Origin: an uncultured delta proteobacterium
GTDB taxonomy: Bacteria; Desulfobacterota; Binatia; UBA9968
NCBI GenBank assembly: GCA_963771465.1
Contig: CAVYTU010000011.1
Coordinates: 32,001 to 96,000, forward strand
Length of the DNA stretch: 64,000 nt
Direction: 5' to 3'
Shown: one piece after another, positions 32,030-42,900 of the stretch
Numbering within the stretch: position 1 is the stretch's first letter
Layout of the letters: each line of letters starts with the position of its first letter
Notes under the pieces: generated by a model
Told to the model about the DNA's origin: nothing
What the model saw: only the letters and a program-made list of their open reading frames with translations
The model's database searches: none
Translations under genes and position numbers: made by a program

Positions 32030-33286
32030 TTGATTATGGCTAAATCCATGCTCAGGACGCCGATAAGCGCGGCGTTCGTTCTGTTCGTTTTATTCCTACT
32101 CAATTCTAAGTTGTCGTTTGGTCAGGATTCCGAGATCGAATCGTTGCGCTCGCTGGTCAAAGGGATGGAGCAGCAGCTGCAAAAAGCGTTGCAACGGATC
32201 GATCAGTTGGAAACAGAGCGCGCGTCGGCCAGCGTCCGGGTCGACCAGGTTGAAAAATCGGTGAAGGCGACGCAGAGCGCGCCATCCGCATTAAACCCAG
32301 CCATCGGCTTGGCCATTGACGCCACCGGCGAGCACCGGAGCAAAGCGGGCGGAACGTTCAATTTCCGCTCGGCCGAGATTGGTATTTCGGCATCCATCGA
32401 TCCGTACGCGCGCGGCTACGCATTTTTTACGGGTAGCGGCGAGGGCGTCGAGGTCGAGGAGGCGGCGATGGTGACGACATCTTTGCCGTGGAACTTACAG
32501 GTGCGTGGCGGGCGGTTTTTCGCCGACTTTGGCCGCTTGGCTAAGTTCCATCCCCATGAATACGCGTTCGTGAATACACCGCTGTCCTTGGAACGTATCG
32601 TCGGGGGCGAATCCAAGGCTGACGGTGCGGAAGTGAGCTATCTGTTCCCAACGCCGTTTTTCTTGCGCGGCACCATCGGCGGGTACAATAAACTCGGCGC
32701 AGAAAACGAGCGCTTGGATGACACCAAGTCCCGTTCGTGGAGCCGGTTTACCTACCTTGGTCGGCTCAACAGCTATTTGGATCTGACCGACAATCAGAGC
32801 ATTGAACTCGGGACGAGCCTGGCTTACACGCCTTCGATACGCGTGCCGGAAGACCCGCATGGCGGCAGCCGGGCTCTGAGCGGGATGGACTTGACCTATC
32901 GTTATCAACCGCTCGGCAGCACCCTGCATCAAGGCCTGACCATCGGTGCCGAGCTGTTTGGCAATAGCGAGCGCATGGAGCGCGAATCGGGTTTCCGCCG
33001 CATGTTCGCGCTCGGCGGCTACGCCTATGCCGAAGCCAAGCTCAACCGCGAGTGGGCCGCCGGGCTGTTGTACGACAACGCGCCGAGCCTGGCGAGCCCA
33101 GGCAAGAAGACCCACAGCTACTCACCCTTCTTAACCTGGACGCTGAGCGAGTTTAACCGGCTGCGCCTTCAATACAGTTATCTGGACGACAAAGTGCGTG
33201 ATGACAAGGCGGAACGCGGTCATCAATTTTTTCTGCAATGGACGACTGTGTTGGGTAGCCACACGCATGGATTTCGTACCCGCTAA
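32030..33286 (+). CDS. outer-membrane beta-barrel, metal-uptake associated
   Basis: Signal peptide, coiled coil, FHPHEY, LSEFNRLRLQY, C-terminal GSHTHGF; upstream of ZnuA-like gene. Confidence 0.75.
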   Translation: MIMAKSMLRTPISAAFVLFVLFLLNSKLSFGQDSEIESLRSLVKGMEQQLQKALQRIDQLETERASASVRVDQVEKSVKATQSAPSALNPAIGLAIDATGEHRSKAGGTFNFRSAEIGISASIDPYARGYAFFTGSGEGVEVEEAAMVTTSLPWNLQVRGGRFFADFGRLAKFHPHEYAFVNTPLSLERIVGGESKADGAEVSYLFPTPFFLRGTIGGYNKLGAENERLDDTKSRSWSRFTYLGRLNSYLDLTDNQSIELGTSLAYTPSIRVPEDPHGGSRALSGMDLTYRYQPLGSTLHQGLTIGAELFGNSERMERESGFRRMFALGGYAYAEAKLNREWAAGLLYDNAPSLASPGKKTHSYSPFLTWTLSEFNRLRLQYSYLDDKVRDDKAERGHQFFLQWTTVLGSHTHGFRTR

Positions 33287-33317
33287 CGCTTTCTCGATCT
33301 AATAAGGAGCAACAGCG

Positions 33318-34244
33318 ATGCAAAACTTTCGAAGAAATTTTCTCGGGTGTCTGTTCTTGCTGATCGGCTCGGTTGGTTGGTTCGGCTTGGCCGAGGCGCA
33401 ATCGATCCGGGTGATCGCGACGACTCCCGACCTGGCAGATATAACCAAGCAAATCGGCAAGGAATTGGTCGACGTCGAGAGTCTGACCAAAGGCGTTGAG
33501 TTTATGCACGCGGTGCCGGTCAGGCCGAGCTTCGTGCCCAAACTCAACCGCGCCAATTTATTAGTGGAGATGGGGCTCGATTTGGAGGCGTCTTGGTTGC
33601 CGGCGTTAATGGAGGTCGCCAACAACGCCAAAATAATGGTCGGGCAGCCCGGCAATATCGATTGCTCCAACGGTATCGCAGTCCTCGATGTGCCACGGAC
33701 TGTCGATCGATCCGAGGGCGACGTTCATCCCAAGGGCAACCCGCACTATAATTTGGACCCGCTTAACGGCAGAATCATCGCGCGCAATATCGCCGACGGT
33801 TTGGCGCGCAATTATCCGCAGCACAAAGCCGTGTTCGAAAAAAATCTTGCGGCTTACGTCGCTGACTTGGACAAGGCGATTAACCGGTGGCAAGGCTTGG
33901 CAGCGCCGCTGAAGGGCACAAAGTTTGTCGCCTACCACAGCGATTGGGCGTACTTTGCCAATCGCTACAGCCTGCAGCAGATCGGCAGCATCGAGCTAAA
34001 GCCCGGAATCGAGCCGACACCGAACCACGTGGTGGGTCTTGTCCAAAAAATGCAGCAAGAAAAAGTGCAACTGATCATCTACGGACCGCAGAGCGACCGC
34101 TATCCGCGCCAGCTCGCGGCTCAGACCGGCGCGACCGTGGTGCGCTTACAAAGCACCGGCGGCGCCACGGCGGAAACCGATACTTATATCAAGTTCGTCG
34201 ACTACAACCTAAGGAGTTTGCTTGCCGCGCTAAAGAGGAGTTAA
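33318..34244 (+). CDS. metal ABC transporter substrate-binding protein (ZnuA/TroA family)
   Basis: HAV..RPS, GNPHYNLDP, YHSDWAYF, ELKPGIEP. Confidence 0.9.
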   Translation: MQNFRRNFLGCLFLLIGSVGWFGLAEAQSIRVIATTPDLADITKQIGKELVDVESLTKGVEFMHAVPVRPSFVPKLNRANLLVEMGLDLEASWLPALMEVANNAKIMVGQPGNIDCSNGIAVLDVPRTVDRSEGDVHPKGNPHYNLDPLNGRIIARNIADGLARNYPQHKAVFEKNLAAYVADLDKAINRWQGLAAPLKGTKFVAYHSDWAYFANRYSLQQIGSIELKPGIEPTPNHVVGLVQKMQQEKVQLIIYGPQSDRYPRQLAAQTGATVVRLQSTGGATAETDTYIKFVDYNLRSLLAALKRS

Positions 34245-34293
34245 TGAATATATTGAATTCAACCCGGTGTAGAAACTCTAGACGGGAGCTCGC

Positions 34294-34974
34294 GTGAGTG
34301 ACGCTCTCACCTTAGTTTCTTTGCGCGCCGCGAGCCTCGGCTACGGCGGCGCGCCGGTTTTGCAGTCCGTTGACTTGGATATCTCTGCCCGTGATTTCAT
34401 CGCCATGGCCGGGCCCAACGGCTCAGGCAAGACAACAATCTTTCGGACGATCCTGGGATTCTTGCCAGTGATTGACGGCGCGCTGGCGCGCAATTGCTCA
34501 CTTAACGAGTTCGGTTACGTGCCGCAGAGTTCCGCGCTGGACTCGACCTTTCCGATCACCGCGCGCGAAGTGGTGGCGATGGGCGGCTATGGCCGGCTGA
34601 GGCCATATCGGGGTTTACCGGTTCGAGAGAAGCAACGTCTCGAAAACGTGCTGCAACAGGTGGGGCTCTCTCATCTCGCGGGCCGCGCGTTTTTCTCGCT
34701 CTCGGGTGGCCAGCGTCAGCGCATGTTGATCGCCCGAGCGCTCATGGTCGGCCCAAAGATACTCATCCTCGATGAACCGTTATCCGGCGTCGATCCGGAA
34801 TCGCAGAAAGCGATTAGTGAACTCTTGCTCAAGCTCAACCGTGAGGAAGGGAAAGCGATCTTTTTTTCTAGCCATGATCTGCGTATGGTCCGCAGTGTCA
34901 GCGATAAAGTCTTGCGCGTCGATGGCGGCAGAGTGAGTTGGGAAGGAGAGTCGACAGCACAGCATCCATGGTGA
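34294..34974 (+). CDS. metal ABC transporter ATPase (ZnuC-like)
   Basis: GPNGSGKT, GYVPQ, LSGGQRQR, LDEP. Confidence 0.9.
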   Translation: MSDALTLVSLRAASLGYGGAPVLQSVDLDISARDFIAMAGPNGSGKTTIFRTILGFLPVIDGALARNCSLNEFGYVPQSSALDSTFPITAREVVAMGGYGRLRPYRGLPVREKQRLENVLQQVGLSHLAGRAFFSLSGGQRQRMLIARALMVGPKILILDEPLSGVDPESQKAISELLLKLNREEGKAIFFSSHDLRMVRSVSDKVLRVDGGRVSWEGESTAQHPW

Positions 34975-36410
34975 CTTTTCTGGAAATTCTTAGCCCGTCG
35001 TTTTTGCTTTTTCCGGCACTATTGGGCAGCGTGATTCTCGCCTTCGTCTGTCCCTTGGTCGGCGCGCACTTGATGCTGCGCCGTCGGGTTTTCCTCGGAC
35101 TCACACTGCCGCAGATCGCGGCCTGCGGCGTGGCGTTTACATTTTGGGTTTATCACGCCGCCGGTTTCGATCATGGCAGTGGCGGCGAGCGCCTTTTGGC
35201 GATGGCCGGCTCGCTGCTGTTCACGCTGGTCGGTATGGGACTGCTCGCTTATCTCGATCGCCATGCGACTGGATCGCCGGAAGGCCGGCTCGCGGCGGCG
35301 TACGCGTTGGCGTCGGCGTTGACGATCTTGTTTATCGTTTTCAATCCCGCCGGCGAGCTGGAGATCCTCAATTTGCTCAAAGGCGAAGTGATTTCACTAT
35401 CCATGGAAGAGCTGAAGCTGCTCGCGATCGTTTACGGCGTGGTTTATTTCGGCTTGGTGTTGTTTCGCCGTGAGTTTTTACTGAACTCGTTTGATCGCGA
35501 TCTGTCGTTTTTGCTCACCGGCGGCAGCGCGCAGTGGAGCTTTTGGCTCTACGTGCTGTGCGGATTTAGCATCGCCATCGGCGTCATTATGGCCGGCCCG
35601 CTGTTAGTCTTCGGCTTCATGGTGCTGCCGCCGCTTGCGGCGCGCACCTTGGCGCGCGGCATGAGCTCGTTTCTTTCGCTGTCCTCCTTGATTGGGCTAG
35701 TCATCGCGGTTCTCGGTTTTTATCTATCCGTGCGACTCGATCTGCCGCTTGGGCCCACCGACGTCGCATTCGGCTGCGTGTTGATCTTCGTCGTCTACGC
35801 CGTGCAACTAATCGTGCGCAAGAGTCGCGGGTCCATTGGAGTTTTGGTGGTGCTTGTGTTTCTCGGTTTCGGCTGCAGCACGCAAAAACTCGCGCCACTC
35901 GACGTGCAGGCGTTGAGTCAAAATACGGTATGGCTGGCGCCGGTGCGCAATAGTACTGGCGCTGATTTGCGTCTGCCGGGCACCAATCCGCTTCGTTCCC
36001 TTGGCGAAATCGCCGGAAAAATTTCTCAGGATTACCGGCCGACAGTGATGGATCTGCTGCGCGGTTCGGTGAAACGAGAGTTAGAGCAAAGAAAGATTGT
36101 CGTGTCGTTTCCTGAGGAGCGCGATGCGCGCCTTCAGTCATTGCCATTCGAAGCGGGCAGTGCGGCGACCAACGCGCGCGCCGCGAATCTTTCCGGTTGG
36201 TTGCTGCTTGCCGACATTCGCCGGTGGCACACCGATGGCCGCTCGCCGCTGCGGACTTGGGTCGATGTGCGCTTGGTGCGGATTGACGACGGCGCTGTCA
36301 GCTGGGATAAACAAATTCAGAAAACCACACCGTTGGTCGGCGCGGGACGTTTGGATGAAGTGTCAGCGGACGCGGTGAAAGAGATATTGCGTAACGTTTT
36401 TGGCTCGTGA
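34968..36410 (+). CDS. metal ABC permease (ZnuB-like) with extra C-terminal soluble domain
   Basis: ABC-3 type TM region followed by about 175-aa soluble domain after LGFGC. Confidence 0.82.
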   Translation: MVTFLEILSPSFLLFPALLGSVILAFVCPLVGAHLMLRRRVFLGLTLPQIAACGVAFTFWVYHAAGFDHGSGGERLLAMAGSLLFTLVGMGLLAYLDRHATGSPEGRLAAAYALASALTILFIVFNPAGELEILNLLKGEVISLSMEELKLLAIVYGVVYFGLVLFRREFLLNSFDRDLSFLLTGGSAQWSFWLYVLCGFSIAIGVIMAGPLLVFGFMVLPPLAARTLARGMSSFLSLSSLIGLVIAVLGFYLSVRLDLPLGPTDVAFGCVLIFVVYAVQLIVRKSRGSIGVLVVLVFLGFGCSTQKLAPLDVQALSQNTVWLAPVRNSTGADLRLPGTNPLRSLGEIAGKISQDYRPTVMDLLRGSVKRELEQRKIVVSFPEERDARLQSLPFEAGSAATNARAANLSGWLLLADIRRWHTDGRSPLRTWVDVRLVRIDDGAVSWDKQIQKTTPLVGAGRLDEVSADAVKEILRNVFGS

Positions 36411-36501
36411 GTTTTCACTCCGGTTCTGCCACTGTCGGCGGACTGATGTGGGGTTTACTGGCCAAGTCACTTTGATATAGTTCCGGCCAAGGTTAGGCGC
36501 G

Positions 36502-37674
36502 ATGAGTTCCATTCTAATCAAAAATATTGGCACGTTCGTCACCGGCAAATTGGAAAACCCGCTCAGGCAGGCGGATTCGATCTTCATCAGGGATGGAATC
36601 GTCCAGGCGATCGGCACCGGCTTGCTTCAAGCGGCCGATCAGACCATCGACGCCAACGGCATCACCGCGATGCCCGGATTGATCGATTCCCACTCGCATC
36701 CGTCCATCGGCGAATACACGCCGGCGCAAAATTCGCTCTCGTGGATCACCAACTACATGCACGGCGGCGTCACTGCGCTGATTTCCGCGGGCGAGTTGCA
36801 TTTACCGGGTTTGCCGTTGCCGCCTGACGCCCGCACGGCGCTATCCGTCGCCATCGTGACCAAGAAGTGTTACGACAACTTGCGCCCATCGGGCGTGAAA
36901 GTGCACGCCGGTACATTGCTATTGGTTCCAGGACTAACGGAAAAAGATTTTGACGAGATTCAAGCGCTCGGCATCAAGCTGGTCAAGTTTATCTTTTACG
37001 ACTATAGCTTGCTGCCCAACGGCGAAGCGAATCGTTACGTCGAGTGGGCGCACGCGCGTGGCATAAAAGTAAAGATTCATTCCGGCGGGGTGTCGCGCTC
37101 GGGTGTGAGCCAAGTGGCCGGCTTCGACATGGTGCAAAAAATCCGTCCCGACATCATCGGCCATATCACCGGCGGGCCGATCCCGATGCCGGAGGAGGAC
37201 ATGATCCGCATTGCCAACGAGACGGAATGCTTCATGGAGATCTGCACGTCGGGGAATTATCGCTTGGCATTGAGTCTTGCGCGTGTCGTCAAGGCGAAAG
37301 GTTTGCATCACCGCGTGCTGCTCGGCACCGACACGCCAGGCGGAACCGGCATCGTGCCGCGCGGTATTTTGCGTGAGATAGCTTTTCTATCCGCGGTGGG
37401 CGAGATCGAGCCGGAGAAATCCATTTGCATGGCCACCGGCAACGTCGGTCGCGCCCATGAATTGAATATCGGCATTCTCGAAGAAGGCCGTCCTGCCGAT
37501 ATCGTCTTGCTCCACAAAATCACCGGCTCGGTTGCCAAAGATGCCTTGGACTCGTTCGCCAAGGGCGATTTGCCGGGTATTTCCTATGTGATCATCGACG
37601 GCGTGGTGCAGGTCGCGGGGCGCAGCCAGCAAACGCCGCCGCCCGAACGCGTCGCCAGCGAGTCTTGTTGTTAA
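36502..37674 (+). CDS. amidohydrolase, enamidase-like
   Basis: PGLIDSHSH, SAGELH, IHSGG, GHITGGP, GTDTPGG. Confidence 0.85.
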   Translation: MSSILIKNIGTFVTGKLENPLRQADSIFIRDGIVQAIGTGLLQAADQTIDANGITAMPGLIDSHSHPSIGEYTPAQNSLSWITNYMHGGVTALISAGELHLPGLPLPPDARTALSVAIVTKKCYDNLRPSGVKVHAGTLLLVPGLTEKDFDEIQALGIKLVKFIFYDYSLLPNGEANRYVEWAHARGIKVKIHSGGVSRSGVSQVAGFDMVQKIRPDIIGHITGGPIPMPEEDMIRIANETECFMEICTSGNYRLALSLARVVKAKGLHHRVLLGTDTPGGTGIVPRGILREIAFLSAVGEIEPEKSICMATGNVGRAHELNIGILEEGRPADIVLLHKITGSVAKDALDSFAKGDLPGISYVIIDGVVQVAGRSQQTPPPERVASESCC

Positions 37675-37686
37675 AGGAGTCATTAC

Positions 37687-38679
37687 GTGAGCGCATTTGA
37701 ATTCGGCGTCGGCCTTTTCCCCACCGAGCCGCTACAAAAGATGATTCACCTCGCCAAAGTCAGCGAAGCAGTGGGCTTCAGTCACGTCTGGGTTGGCGAT
37801 TCGCATCTAATTTGGCGCGAAGCGTACATCAACATGGCGGCGATGGCGCTCAACACGACAAAAGTAAAGTTGGGCACGGGTGTGACCAATCCGTTAACGC
37901 GCCATCCGTCCGTGGTCGCCAGCGGCTACGCGACCTTGGAAGAATATGCACCGGGCCGGATGATCGTCGGCATCGGCTTGGGCGATAGCTCGGTGGAAAC
38001 CATGGGCATGAAGCCGTCGACGCTCGCCGCCTTCGAAGCGTCGCTTCAGCAAATGCGCGAATTATTCGCCGGCAAGGAAGCCGAGTTGCCGACCGGCCGG
38101 ATTCATTTGCTTCACCCGTGCAAAGGCAAGGTGCCGATTTACATCGCCGCCAGCGGACCGAAGATGTTGGAACTCTCCGGGCGTATCGCCGACGGCATCA
38201 TAATTCTCGTGGGCGTGGCGGATGAGTATATTGCCCACGCTAAAGAAAAGATTGCCGTTGGCGCACAGGCCGCGGGACGAAAGTTGAACGATATCAACTT
38301 GGTGCTCTGGGTGCCCTGCGCGGTTTCCGATTCCGCTCCGGCAAAGGATGCGGTCAAGGCGCATGTGGCGCGCGTGGTTGCGCATCCATTGCCCTACGTG
38401 CTCGATCCCAAAGAGCAGGAGGTTTTACAAGAGATTCGCAAGACCTACGACTACTACCATCATATGGATCAGCAGGCGAATCATGCTGAGGTGATTCCCG
38501 ACTGGCTGGTCGACAAGTTCGCCATCGCCGGCACCGTCGCCGAGTGCCGCGCGCAAATCGAACGGATCAAGAAGACCGGCATCCAACAGATCGCGATCAT
38601 CCCCTACAGCCCGCCGGGCGGTAGCCGCGAAGAAACCATTCGCGCTTTTGCCAAGGCGATGCCTTCACCCCGCCCCTAG
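37687..38679 (+). CDS. LLM-class (luciferase/Mer-like) flavin- or F420-dependent oxidoreductase
   Basis: LGTGVTNPLTRHP, GIGLGD, PIYIAASGPKML...ADG. Confidence 0.9.
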   Translation: MSAFEFGVGLFPTEPLQKMIHLAKVSEAVGFSHVWVGDSHLIWREAYINMAAMALNTTKVKLGTGVTNPLTRHPSVVASGYATLEEYAPGRMIVGIGLGDSSVETMGMKPSTLAAFEASLQQMRELFAGKEAELPTGRIHLLHPCKGKVPIYIAASGPKMLELSGRIADGIIILVGVADEYIAHAKEKIAVGAQAAGRKLNDINLVLWVPCAVSDSAPAKDAVKAHVARVVAHPLPYVLDPKEQEVLQEIRKTYDYYHHMDQQANHAEVIPDWLVDKFAIAGTVAECRAQIERIKKTGIQQIAIIPYSPPGGSREETIRAFAKAMPSPRP

Positions 38680-39040
38680 CGAATTTGTCCAATCATATGA
38701 GCGGCACGGCCGGACCCCAATAGTGCGGTTGCAAAGTTAAGCTGCATGGTTGGTCAGTGGTTGCGATGGTTCCGAGGGACTGCTCGCTGGGCAACGATGT
38801 CGGTTGCTAGCTCATAGGCAGAGACGCATTGTCTCTACCACGTGAGGCACACGCCTTTGCTGAGTCAATTTCAACTGTGGAATTCGGTCTTGGCGCTCGC
38901 GCTCTGCCCATCCGCCCCTGAATGAAATGAAGGTGCCTGCACCGCCGGGTGCGTTCAGACAATTTTGTTGCCAGATCGACAGTTTTGCACAAAAAAAGCT
39001 GCTTTGAGGCAGGTAACCCCCTTCCTCTCCTGGGGAAGGT

Positions 39041-39056
39041 TTGGCACTGGTATTGC
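39041..39056 (+). promoter_or_regulatory. sigma54 (-24/-12) promoter
   Basis: TTGGCACTGGTATTGC, GG-N10-GC, about 180 bp upstream of the response regulator. Confidence 0.65.
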
Positions 39057-39234
39057 CTCTTAACCATTTGCTACCACCGTCGGGCACGTTGAAAATCCGT
39101 TGGGGATTTAAAGTGTAAACAAGTCTGTCGACTACGGCGAGTCTGCGGCAGGTAAAACAACCAAGTAAGTTTCGGTTAAAGAAGAACGCGCCCGAGTCGT
39201 ACGGTATCCGATAGACGCCAAGGAGAGACTAAAT

Positions 39235-39930
39235 ATGAAAATATTGATCGTGGAGGACAATCCCATTAGTGCGACAGTGCTGGAACACACTCTCGATAAA
39301 CACGGCTACGAAACGCTTACTGCGCACGACGGCGAAGAGGCATTAGCCCATCTCGAGTCACACCCGGAGATTGAACTAATCATCACCGATTTGATGATGC
39401 CCAACACCGACGGCATCGAGTTGGTGCGCCGCATGAAAGCGCGTAAAGAATGGAATGCCATCCCGGTCTTGGTTTGCACCTCGATGCCGCCTGAGAACGC
39501 CAATCAACGGCTCAATGGTCATGGCTGGAAATACATACTCAAGCCGATCAATGCCGAGAGTCTTATCCAAAAAGTGAATGAAACGATCGCCCAACAAACC
39601 ATGGTGTTGCAGGACCCGGCAATCACTATGACCCAGATCGGTATTGATCCCGGGGCATTTGCTGAAGTCGTGGAAAAATTTGCCGAGACCGTTAATGAAA
39701 AAATAATCCGTCTCGAACAGCAAGCTGACAATGTATCGGCCAATGCGGTGGATTTGAGAGATCTCTTGGAAGGCGCCAAGCTGGTGCGAGCTGAACGGCT
39801 TACCAAAGTCCTCACTAGCCTGGAAAATAGTTGGGATGAGCAAGATCAAGAATTGGTTCGTTCGACCACGCCTTTGTTATTGAGGGAACTCAAAGTAATG
39901 CAGTATCATCTCAACCTCTATTCCTCCTAA
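39235..39930 (+). CDS. response regulator (REC plus degenerate Hpt-like domain)
   Basis: ILIVEDN, TDLMMP, LKP; C-terminal helical domain with ...GAKLVRAERL. Confidence 0.85.
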   Translation: MKILIVEDNPISATVLEHTLDKHGYETLTAHDGEEALAHLESHPEIELIITDLMMPNTDGIELVRRMKARKEWNAIPVLVCTSMPPENANQRLNGHGWKYILKPINAESLIQKVNETIAQQTMVLQDPAITMTQIGIDPGAFAEVVEKFAETVNEKIIRLEQQADNVSANAVDLRDLLEGAKLVRAERLTKVLTSLENSWDEQDQELVRSTTPLLLRELKVMQYHLNLYSS

Positions 39931-39957
39931 TTATCGCGTAGAATTCGAGACCCGCCA

Positions 39958-42900
39958 ATGACCGTGATCGGTAAGATCACCATCTCATTTGTTATTTTTG
40001 CGTCCGTCAGCTTGTTGTCGATGATCATGAGCTTTGATGGTCTGAACGACATCAAGCGCGCCATTTTCCGAGTCAGCGTCGTGGAAGAACCGATCAGCGC
40101 CGCGGTCTACGAGATGCAAATCAAGATCAGCGGCAGCAGCGTAGCCGTACTCAAATATCTTGAAACGGGGGAGTCCGAATACCGCCAGCAGGTTGCCAAC
40201 GATAAAAGCGACTTTGAAATCCTTAACCGCAAGTATGAAAGGTTGGCAACCAAAGAAAAGCAAAAAAAATCGGGTGAAGATATTGGCGAGCTGTACGGGG
40301 AATATCATCGTATCGGTCAGTCCTTGATGAACCAGAAGGAAGAGCAGGAAAATCTCGCCAGCAAAATCATCAAAAGCATCGAAGCGCTCGATGAGATGCT
40401 CGATGACCGAGTGCAATATGGCCAAAGTCCGGTTGGCAGCGACGGAGTCAAGAAAACCGTGATCGCCGGTGAATTGGGCGGCACCAACGCCGCGGTGGGA
40501 ACTTGGCTTGGCCATTTTCTGCGAACCTCGAAAAAAGAATACAAAGATCGAATATTTGACAGCGCCAAGGAGTTTCGCAGGCATCTCGAGGCGCTGAAAA
40601 TGTTTAAATTGGAATCGAGAGAACAATTCTGGGTGAGGGACCTTGAGGTGCGCTTTAATCGGACCATGTCCATGGTCCAGGCGGTTTTGGCGATTCATGA
40701 CTCGCTGCAACGAGGGCAAGATCAGTTTCTCAACGCGCGCGCCAAAATGGAAGTGCTGGTCAATGATGACTTACAACCCTCGGCGGCGCAAAATCTAGAT
40801 CAATCCAAGAAACAAGCCGACGCGGCATCGAACTACATTATTTGGATCTACAGTCTGCTAATTCCGTCGTTTATTATTATTTCGATTGGCGCGGCGCTGC
40901 TTATCATCCGGAGTATTCGCAGACCGCTCGATCAGCTAATGAAAGGCACCGATGCCGTAAGCAATGGCGATCTGACTTATCGCTTGTCGATTGGCGGGCG
41001 CAATGAGTTCGCGGAACTGGCAGAGAATTTCAATCAAATGGTGACTCGATTGCAAGCGACTACCGTTTCCAAGCAAGTTCTGGAGTTGAGTGACGCGCGC
41101 TTGCGCGAGGTAAATGGCGAACTGGTTCGGGAGGCTACCGAGCGCAAACGGGCGCTGGCACAGTTTCAACTTCTGGTGGAGTCGGCGCCCAACGGCCTTT
41201 TGATGGTCAACAGCACGGGTACGATCGTCTTGGCTAATACCCAGATCGAGAAAATCTTCGGTTATAGCAAGCGGGAACTGCTAGGTCAGCCGATCGAAGT
41301 GTTGCTGCCGGGCAGCTTCCGCGGCCCGCATCCGTTTCGTCGGGAACAATCCTTCACCGGACCTGAGAGCCGGACGGTGGGTGCCGGGCGGGAACTTCGC
41401 GCCACGCGCAAGGACGGCAGCGAGTTCCCTGTTGAAGTCGGCTTGAACCCAATCGAGACATCCAACGGATCTCACGTGCTCGCGAGCGTCATCGATGTCA
41501 GTGAGCGCAAAGCGGCGGAGAATCGCCAACACCAAACCGAAGAGCGTTTTCGTGCGACCATCGAAAACGTTCAGGACCACGCGATCTTTATGCTCGATCC
41601 CGCCGGCCAGGTGCTGACATGGAATAAGGGAGCTGAACGGATGCGGGGATATCGCGCCGATGAAATTATTGGTGAACCCCATTCGACTTTCTTCTCGGCG
41701 GAAGACCAGAAAAGCGGCAAACCCGATCAGCTATTGAATACAGCGATTACAGTCGGTCAATGCGAAGACGAAGGTTGGCGTTTGCGCAAGGATGGATCGA
41801 AATACTGGGCCAGCACCGTGTTGACCCCGGTGTACGATCGGGTCGGGCAGTTAACTGGCTTTGCGACGGTGACCCGTGACCTCACGCGGCACATACAAAT
41901 AGAAGACGAATTGAAACAGGCCAAAGATGCGGCTGAAGCGGCGAACGAAGCGAAGTCCGAGTTCTTGGCCAATATCAGTCACGAGATTCGCACGCCGATG
42001 GCGGGCGTGATCGGCATGTCGGGACTATTGTGTGAAATGGACCTCACCGCTAAGCAGCGGGAATACTGCGAGATTATCAGACGGTCCGGCGAATCGTTAC
42101 TGACCATCATCAACGAGGTCTTGGATTTTTCCAAGATCGAGTCGGGTAAGCTGGAGATGGAGATTATCGATTTCGATCTGCGTAGCGCGGTGCAAGAGGT
42201 GGTCGAATTATTCGTGCGCCAGGCGGACGACAAGGGAATTGAGCTGATTAATTTTATCCGCCCCGACGTGCCGACGAATGTGCGCGGCGATCCCGGACGA
42301 CTCCGGCAGATTCTCTCCAACCTGCTCGGCAATGCGCTTAAATTTACGACCACGGGAGAAGTGGTTGTTGGAGTCGATGTTGTCGAGCAGAACAACAATT
42401 CGCTTACCTTGCGATTCGAAGTGAACGATACCGGGATCGGTATCGCCAAAGACAAAATTGATAAGCTGTTCAACGCATTCACTCAAGCAGACTCGTCGAT
42501 CACACGAAAGTACGGCGGGACCGGCCTTGGATTGGCGATTTGTAAAAAGTTCGTCGAACTGATGAATGGCGAGATCGGTGTCAGCAGCGAAGCTGGTCGT
42601 GGCAGTAGTTTCTGGTTCACCTTGCGTTTAGAGAAAAGCCCTTTGAGTGAGCCGCGACCGAATCATGCGGATTTAAGCGGGCTGCGCATGCTGATCGTCG
42701 ATGATAGCTCAACCAACCGCGCGTTGCTGGAAAGCTACCTAGGTTCTTTGGGAATTCACAGCCAGAGCACAGGCGACGTTTCTTTAGCGATAGATAGTTT
42801 GCGAGCAGCTGCGAAAAGCGCCAAACTGCCGCACCTGATTTTATTGGATTCAACGTTGCCAGGGATGAATGGTATCGAATTGGCGCGGCAGATCAGGCGA

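Noticed and set aside
39006-39059. Hairpin as a c-di-GMP riboswitch
   Set aside because: Lacks the GEMM consensus; overlaps the better-supported sigma54 site.
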